The notes beneath the pieces were generated by a model that did no database searches, was not told the origin of the DNA, and was given only the letters and a program-made list of their open reading frames with translations. DNA of 64,000 nucleotides from positions 64,001 through 128,000 of the forward strand of contig CAVPRW010000025.1 in the NCBI GenBank assembly GCA_963707985.1. Reading direction: 5' to 3'. Source of the DNA: an uncultured Nitrospinota bacterium (lineage in GTDB: Bacteria > Tectomicrobia > Entotheonellia > J063 > CAVPRW01). The stretch's first letter is position 1, and every line of letters starts with the position of its first letter. The position numbers were made by a program, and so were the translations under genes. Below are positions 58,156 through 64,000 of the stretch, one piece after another.

Positions 58156-59371
58156 CTACCACGAGACGGGTAGTGTTTTCAGCGCTCGCGCCACGATGGT
58201 CGGATGGTACTCCAGGTGGGCTGCATCGATGTTCAGGTGTAGCTCAGGGAAGCGTTGTGGCAATGCTAGAAAGGCCTCTTGGGCCTCAAGTCGTGCCAAC
58301 GGGGCCCCCAGGCAGACGTGAATTCCCTGCCCTAGCGCCACATGGGGGTTTGGGCTGCGCTGTGATATCGAGACGGTCGGGGTCAGCATACTTGGCGGGA
58401 TCCCGGTTGGCAGAGGCAAGGATCAACAGCATTCGGTCACTGGCACGGATGGCTTTGCCGCCCAACTCGGTGTCTTTCCTGGCCCAGCGAAACGTGGCTT
58501 TGACCGGTCCGTCGTAGCGCAACAGCTCCTCGGCGGCTGAGCGCACCAGCGAGGGATGTTGCCGCAACAGATCCCATTGATCGCGGTGCCGCATGCAGGC
58601 GAGCAAGCCGTTTGCCAGCAGGTTAGTGGTCGTCTCATGGCCAGCGAATAAGAGGACTGTACAGGTAGCGAGTAACTCGTCGTGAGACAACAAATCACCT
58701 CGCTCCTCCGCCTGGACGAGGGCCGAGATAAGATCGTCTCGGGGTTGTTTACGACGCTCTTCAATTAACGGCTCGAAGTATGCCAGCAGCTTTTCCAGCC
58801 CACGCTGCGAGCGCTCGCGGCGGTCCGGCTCGTCGGCCCGGATGAAAAAAATGCGCGACGTTTCGTCGGACCACTCCTTGACCTGCTCCCGGTCCTCCAC
58901 CGGCACGCCCAGATATTCCGAGATAACGATCACCGGCAGATGGAAGGCGAAGTCGTGAATAAACTCCATGTCGCTCTTCAGCCGAACTTGGTCCAACAAC
59001 TCATGGACGATCTGGCGTGCCCGGGGACGCAGTTTCTCAACGCTGGTGGGGGTGAAGGCTTTATTAATTAACAAACGGACGCGGGTATGGTAGGGAGGAT
59101 CGGCGAACACCAGCCATTTCGAGAAATACTTGATCAGCAGCGAGAAGTGCTCCTGCTCTGGCGCGTTCAGCTCCTGCATCAATGAGGCCATGCGGTCGGA
59201 AGAGAAGGTCTCGTGATCGCGGAAAACCTTCACGACGTCGTCATAGCGCAAGATCAGCCACCCCCCCCAACGCTCGTTCCAGTGTACCGGGTCAGTTTCC
59301 CGGAGATCGGCGAAGTAGGCATAGGGATCGTAGAGAACGTCGGGTGCGAGTAGATTGTCCTGACCTAACAT
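58156..59371 (-). pseudogene. Cytochrome P450, +1 frameshift at ~58360 just before the heme-binding motif (possibly a sequence error)
   Basis: DPPYHTRVR, AGHETT, EELLR, ANRDP in 58286-59410; NPHVALGQGIHVCLGAPLARLE in the next frame. Confidence 0.9.
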
Positions 59372-59919
59372 TATGCACCCCCTTTGAGTCAAAGAGCAGT
59401 CAACGGTCACTAGGTTGATTTGCCCGCAGCGCCCACAGCAATGCTGCCCTCCTCAGGTGGCTCGACAGGCAACAGTCGAGCCACTGGGCGTCCTGTGACC
59501 TCTCAAACCCCAGTTGCTGCAGGCACTTCTGGGCCTCTCATGCCGTTCAGGTCCTGCGCCTGCTCCTTTGCATGAGGATAGCTCCTGCTGTCATGTCTGG
59601 ATGACATCTCTGAGACAGCATTACAGCATTATGGTATGTTATAGGTTCCTCGCGGCCTGATCAATAGCTCCGCATGAGCCAGAGCAATCTAACGAGCCGA
59701 AGATCCTCCGGCGCCCATCGCCACGCCAGCACCTGTCGTGAAGGAGTTCCAGCGTCCAAGATGATGGCTAAGGCCACCAGGACCCCTCGCCATCCCTATA
59801 ACTGCAAGAGTCATCTCATGAGTTCGATAATGCAGACACAGGCTAAGTCGGCGATCGTTGTCAGGACTGCCAGTCCCCAGACACGCTGGCGATGGAAAGC
59901 TTGGTGAAATCGAAGAGAA

Positions 59920-59973
59920 TTAACCTGGAGTTAACATAGATGTTACCTCCGCTTCACAGATGGGCGCTATGCT
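59920..59973 (+). promoter_or_regulatory. Distal Pho-box-like array (4 units, 11-bp period) with -10 element
   Basis: TTAACC 59920, TTAACA 59931, GTTACC 59942, TTCACA 59953; TATGCT at 59968. Confidence 0.7.
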
Positions 59974-60238
59974 TTAGAATATTGCTTCGTAAAGCTAGAA
60001 GATCCCCTCCCCCGTGACGAGGCCGTAGGCGTTGTCGCCATCGCTTCCTGCCTGCCTCGTCGCACTCAGCACGACCTATGCCAGAAAGCCTGCCGCCTCG
60101 TGCGCGCTACCGGCACCCAGAGAAGTTCTGCAATTTACAGACATTTAACCTCACTGATATCAGTCTGTCATGAAGCTTGGATAGACTGCATGCGGATCGG
60201 ATTCGCCGACGAGACGGTTGGTGCCCGGCGGGCAACAT

Positions 60239-60300
60239 GTTACATGCTTGTTACACGACCGTTACATGCCAGCAACATCAATTGCGCATCATTGTCACAT
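60239..60300 (+). promoter_or_regulatory. Proximal Pho-box-like array (5-6 units, 11-bp period)
   Basis: GTTACAT 60239, GTTACAC 60250, GTTACAT 60261, GCAACAT 60272, (TGCGCAT 60283), GTCACAT 60294. Confidence 0.72.
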
Positions 60301-60320
60301 CCTCTCTAAGGAGAGCACCT

Positions 60321-61316
60321 ATGACATGTCTCAAAGCATGCACTCTGGTCCTGTCATTGGTTGTAGCCATAGTGGTCGGTGAGATGGCCATGGCTCAGGA
60401 TGGTCTCAAGCTCGATCCTGACTTGGACAGCTATAAGGCCGTCAGCGGGGTATCGGGGAATCTGTCGAGTGTGGGCTCGGATACACTGAACAACCTGATG
60501 ACACTCTGGGCCGAGACGTTCTCCAAGTTTTACCCCAACGTGAAGATCCAGATCGAAGGTAAAGGGTCGACCACCGCGCCGCCGGCGTTGATCGCGGGCA
60601 CAGCGCAACTTGGCCCCATGTCGCGGCCGATGCGCGGCACAGAAATCGATCAATTTGAAAAAAAGTTTGGCTACAAGCCGACGCCGGTCCGCACCGCTGT
60701 GGACGCCCTGGCAGTATTTGTCAATAAAGATAATCCCATAAAATGCCTGACCATGGAACAGGTCGATGCTATTTTTTCCAAGTCTCGGCGTTACGGGTAC
60801 AGAGAAGATGTGAAGACGTGGGGACAGCTGGGGCTGACTGGTGACTGGGCTAACCGTCCGATCAGTCTGTACGGCCGCAATTCCGCCTCGGGCACCTATG
60901 GCTTCTTCAAAGAACATGCGCTGAAGAACGGCGACTATAAGGATGAGGTGAAGGAGCAGCCGGGGTCAGCGTCGGTGGTGCAGGGGGTGACCGTGGATCG
61001 CTACGGCATTGGCTATAGCGGTATTGGCTATACGACGGCCGGCGTCCGTGCGGTCCCCCTCGCCGAGAAGGAGGGTGCCACATGTGTCGAGGCTACGGCA
61101 GACAACGCATATGCCGGTACCTATCCGCTGGCACGTTTCCTCTATGTATACATCAACAAGCCTCCTGGAAAATCTCTTGACCCCCTGACCCATGAATTTG
61201 TCAAGTTAATGGTCTCGAAGGAAGGTCAGGAAGTTGTAGTGAAGGATGGCTACTTCCCGATACCGGCCTCGATTGCCAAAGAAGAGACCGGTAAGGTCAA
61301 CGAAAAAGTCAATTGA
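60321..61316 (+). CDS. pstS: Phosphate ABC transporter substrate-binding protein
   Basis: [42 protein letters not shown]. Start at the ATG after AAGGAGA. Confidence 0.93.
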   Translation: MTCLKACTLVLSLVVAIVVGEMAMAQDGLKLDPDLDSYKAVSGVSGNLSSVGSDTLNNLMTLWAETFSKFYPNVKIQIEGKGSTTAPPALIAGTAQLGPMSRPMRGTEIDQFEKKFGYKPTPVRTAVDALAVFVNKDNPIKCLTMEQVDAIFSKSRRYGYREDVKTWGQLGLTGDWANRPISLYGRNSASGTYGFFKEHALKNGDYKDEVKEQPGSASVVQGVTVDRYGIGYSGIGYTTAGVRAVPLAEKEGATCVEATADNAYAGTYPLARFLYVYINKPPGKSLDPLTHEFVKLMVSKEGQEVVVKDGYFPIPASIAKEETGKVNEKVN

Positions 61317-61317
61317 T

Positions 61318-63588
61318 ATGACCAATCACGCTGACACAATTCGATCTGCAGGGCCAGTGGCACCGGCTCGGTCGATTGCCATATCAAAGGCGAAAGGCCG
61401 GCGGAGGCTTTTCGTCGATCGTCTTGCCAGTCGTCTAGTGACCCTCGGGGGCGTCATCATCATCGCCTCGATCCTCGCCATTCTGTTGGTGATCGTCGCC
61501 GAGGTGTATCCCCTCTTCAAGAAACCGACAGCCACGGCTGAGCGGACGATTACGGCTGAGCTCGATTCCGCACCGATGGCTTTGGGCGTCGACGAATATC
61601 GCGAGGTCGTCTATCTGGTCACTGCCTCCGGGGTACAATTCGTCTCGGCTATGGATGGCAGACCTGTCACGACCATTCAACTTCCGGAGCTGCACGAGGC
61701 TCGGGTCGTCAGCACATCGGCCTTGGGACGCGGACCTTTGGCGCTAGGGCTCTCGGATGGACGAGTGATCCCAACGGAGGTGCGGTTCATCATCTCCTAC
61801 CCCGAAGGGCAGCGGCGTGTCGAGGCAGAATTCACCACCTCACGCCCGCTTCTGGCTGATCCCGGGGGGGGGCCAATTCGTCAGCTGGCGTATGTGACTC
61901 CTCCAAGCGGCCCAATGCTCGCCGCCACCATCGCACCCCAGGAGCTCATGATCATCACCATCAAGGAACGCAAGGCCTTGATTGGCCCTTCCACACAGCA
62001 GGAATCTCGTCAGCGTCTGTCGCTGCCGATCACTGGCGAGATCACCGCCCTCGTCCTCGACGGACGTGGCGAGGATCTCTTTGTCGGCACTTCGTCGGGA
62101 CAGGTGGCACGAGTGGATGTGCGCGATGTCAACGCTCCAAAGGTCATCGAAGTGATCCAGGCCACAGGGCGAGCCGCCGTTGGTGTCAGCGTGATGGGAT
62201 TTCTCATCGGCGATCGTACCCTCATGGTGGGTGATACGGCAGGGGGCGTGACCTCATGGCAGCTCTTGCGTGATGCACATGGGACATTTCGACTACGCAG
62301 AATCCACAATTTTACGCCCCATGCAGCGGCCGTGGCGGCCTTTGTCCCCTCGCAACGCGACAAGGGTTTTATCACCGCCGATGCGTCGGGCACGACCCAC
62401 CTGCACTACGGCACGACAGGAGCGACGCTGCTCACCGTCAATGCCGATGGCACAGAGGTGAGGGGCGTTGCTTTTGCACCAAAGGGGGATGGCTTCCTGG
62501 CTGCCGACGCTGCTGGACGTGTATCGGAATGGAGCCTGCGGAATCCCCATCCGGAGATTACCCTGGGCAGCCTCTTCGGCAAAGTCTGGTATGAAGGGTA
62601 CGAGCAACCGGAGTACGTCTGGCAATCCACTGGCGGCACCGATGACTTCGAGGCCAAGTTCAGCCTCACGCCGCTCATCTTCGGCACCTTGAAAGGCACC
62701 TTCTATGCCATGCTGTTCGCCGGGCCTATGGCGCTATTGAGTGCTCTGTATGCTTCACAGTTCATGCACCCGACGCTGAAGGGGGTAGTCAAGCCCGTGG
62801 TCGAAATCATGGCGGCGTTGCCCAGCGTTGTCCTCGGCTTCATCGCCGGCCTTTGGCTCGCACCCATGGTTGAGCGCGTGGTGCCTGGGCTGCTCCTCAT
62901 GCCGATCGTGATTCCTGCGCTTATTCTCTGTACACTGTTGTTGTGGAGGATGCTGCCAACACGTAGGCGACTCTGGCTGAAGGCGGGAGGAGAAGTTTTT
63001 TTTCTCGTGCCCGTGGCGCTTTTGGGCGGATGGTTGGCCATTTCGCTGGGGGGATTGTTCGAAAGTGTGGTCTTCGGCGGCGACTATCGCAGCTGGCTTC
63101 TGCGCGTCCTGGGGCTCACCTACGATCAGCGCAATTCGCTGGTGGTCGGCTTCGCCATGGGTTTTGCCGTCATCCCGATTATCTTCACCATCGCCGAGGA
63201 CTCGCTGTCTAACGTGCCGCAGCACCTGCGAGCCGGTTCACTGGCGTTAGGGGCCACACCCTGGCAGACGGCGATCCGAGTCATTCTGCCGACCGCAAGC
63301 CCGGGCATCTTCTCCGCCATCATGATCGGCTTCGGTCGGGCCGTGGGCGAGACCATGATTGTGCTGATGGCTACCGGCAACACCCCGGTGATGGATTGGT
63401 CGATCTTCAACGGCTTCCGAGCGCTGTCGGCGAACATTGCCGTTGAGCTCCCTGAGGCCCCTGAAGGGGGGACACTTTTTCGTGTGCTCTTTCTGGCAGC
63501 GTTTCTCCTCTTCGTCATGACGTTCATGGTCAACACTGTAGCTGAGCTCGTACGGTTGCGGCTGCGCAGGAAGTACCGGTACCTATGA
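61318..63588 (+). CDS. pstC: Phosphate ABC permease PstC with a large beta-propeller-like periplasmic insertion
   Basis: WQSTGGTDDFEAKFSL.PLIFGTLK, KP.VEIMAALPSVVLG, GRAVGETMIVLMATGN. Confidence 0.92.
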   Translation: MTNHADTIRSAGPVAPARSIAISKAKGRRRLFVDRLASRLVTLGGVIIIASILAILLVIVAEVYPLFKKPTATAERTITAELDSAPMALGVDEYREVVYLVTASGVQFVSAMDGRPVTTIQLPELHEARVVSTSALGRGPLALGLSDGRVIPTEVRFIISYPEGQRRVEAEFTTSRPLLADPGGGPIRQLAYVTPPSGPMLAATIAPQELMIITIKERKALIGPSTQQESRQRLSLPITGEITALVLDGRGEDLFVGTSSGQVARVDVRDVNAPKVIEVIQATGRAAVGVSVMGFLIGDRTLMVGDTAGGVTSWQLLRDAHGTFRLRRIHNFTPHAAAVAAFVPSQRDKGFITADASGTTHLHYGTTGATLLTVNADGTEVRGVAFAPKGDGFLAADAAGRVSEWSLRNPHPEITLGSLFGKVWYEGYEQPEYVWQSTGGTDDFEAKFSLTPLIFGTLKGTFYAMLFAGPMALLSALYASQFMHPTLKGVVKPVVEIMAALPSVVLGFIAGLWLAPMVERVVPGLLLMPIVIPALILCTLLLWRMLPTRRRLWLKAGGEVFFLVPVALLGGWLAISLGGLFESVVFGGDYRSWLLRVLGLTYDQRNSLVVGFAMGFAVIPIIFTIAEDSLSNVPQHLRAGSLALGATPWQTAIRVILPTASPGIFSAIMIGFGRAVGETMIVLMATGNTPVMDWSIFNGFRALSANIAVELPEAPEGGTLFRVLFLAAFLLFVMTFMVNTVAELVRLRLRRKYRYL

Positions 63589-64000
63589 ACAAGTTTTGGA
63601 AGAGTGGCGATCCCTTTATCTGGCTCACTGGCGGAGCGCTCGCCTTCTCGTTGATCATGGTCGCCGGCTTGGTGATATTGATCTTCTGGAGTGGTCTGGG
63701 CTTCTTCTGGCCGACGGATGTGACGCGCCTGCTCCTGGCTAACAACACCGTCGTGTTGGGACAAATTGTCGAGCGTGAGGCGATCCCGCAGCCAGGCGCC
63801 GCCGTGGGCACGCCGGTGAAGTATCGGATCAAAGTCAAACAGGGTAACCGCGATCTGTATGGTGCAGATTTCGTCTGGATCGATGACGCTGAGATCGTTC
63901 AACAGGATGACCCGCCCCAGGCGGTGGTGATTGAGCGTCGGGAGTGGGGAAATCTTTATGGCTTCATCAAGGAAGTCCGCGATCAGGGGCAGGTAGTGGC
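63585..64000 (+). CDS. pstA: Phosphate ABC permease PstA (5' part; runs off the window)
   Basis: ATG overlaps the pstC stop; MNKFWKSGDPFIWLTGG...GLGFFWP...GNRDLYGADFVW...IERREWGNLYG. Confidence 0.85.
   Translation, partial: MNKFWKSGDPFIWLTGGALAFSLIMVAGLVILIFWSGLGFFWPTDVTRLLLANNTVVLGQIVEREAIPQPGAAVGTPVKYRIKVKQGNRDLYGADFVWIDDAEIVQQDDPPQAVVIERREWGNLYGFIKEVRDQGQVV

Noticed and set aside
59372..59700. A fourth PQLLT-type leader upstream of the P450, or upstream of the SBP at 23022
   Set aside because: The P450 leader has an RBS-ATG mini-ORF (MQRSRRRT*) and a hairpin but no F..[KR]PQLLT motif. The other SBP appears to have only a short leader.

Overview
A GC-rich (~58-60% by eye) bacterial chromosomal segment with no CRISPR array, prophage or intact transposase. 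It carries housekeeping genes (rsmB-fmt-def, folP, htrA-like, mutL, recQ, dinB, queF, tenA, ppsR, a tRNA with CAT anticodon, rnpB), catabolic and transport modules (ABC-TcuA-EtfBA, LeuCD-like plus CaiB, ComDE-like, a P450, a dipeptide/oligopeptide-type ABC cluster with three tandem Tat-exported binding proteins) and the start of a pst operon with long 11-bp-periodic Pho-box arrays. Several genes are broken by single-base indels, many in short homopolymers, which suggests sequencing or assembly error. The main discovery is not in the supplied ORF track. Three ~430-460 nt leaders in the ABC cluster (upstream of dppD and of two binding-protein genes) share one architecture: a near-consensus sigma70 promoter, an RBS, and a 34-38 aa leader peptide whose N-terminus is unrelated between copies but whose C-terminus carries F24-x-[VL]-[KR]-P28-Q-L-L-T32 at identical positions. 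One copy needs a 1-nt correction to read this way. Each peptide is followed by a hairpin whose 5' arm has an alternative partner ~55-70 nt downstream. This looks like an undescribed leader-peptide (ribosome-arrest) attenuation system. Other highlights are an exported peroxiredoxin-like selenoprotein (in-frame UGA plus SECIS-like hairpin), an orphan MraZ followed by a Walker-A-degenerate HerA-like protein fused to a DnaX/tau-C-like domain, an IscU-like/ACP-like fusion, and a RibBA with degenerate motifs in both domains. All family calls come from motif recognition by eye; no database searches were run.
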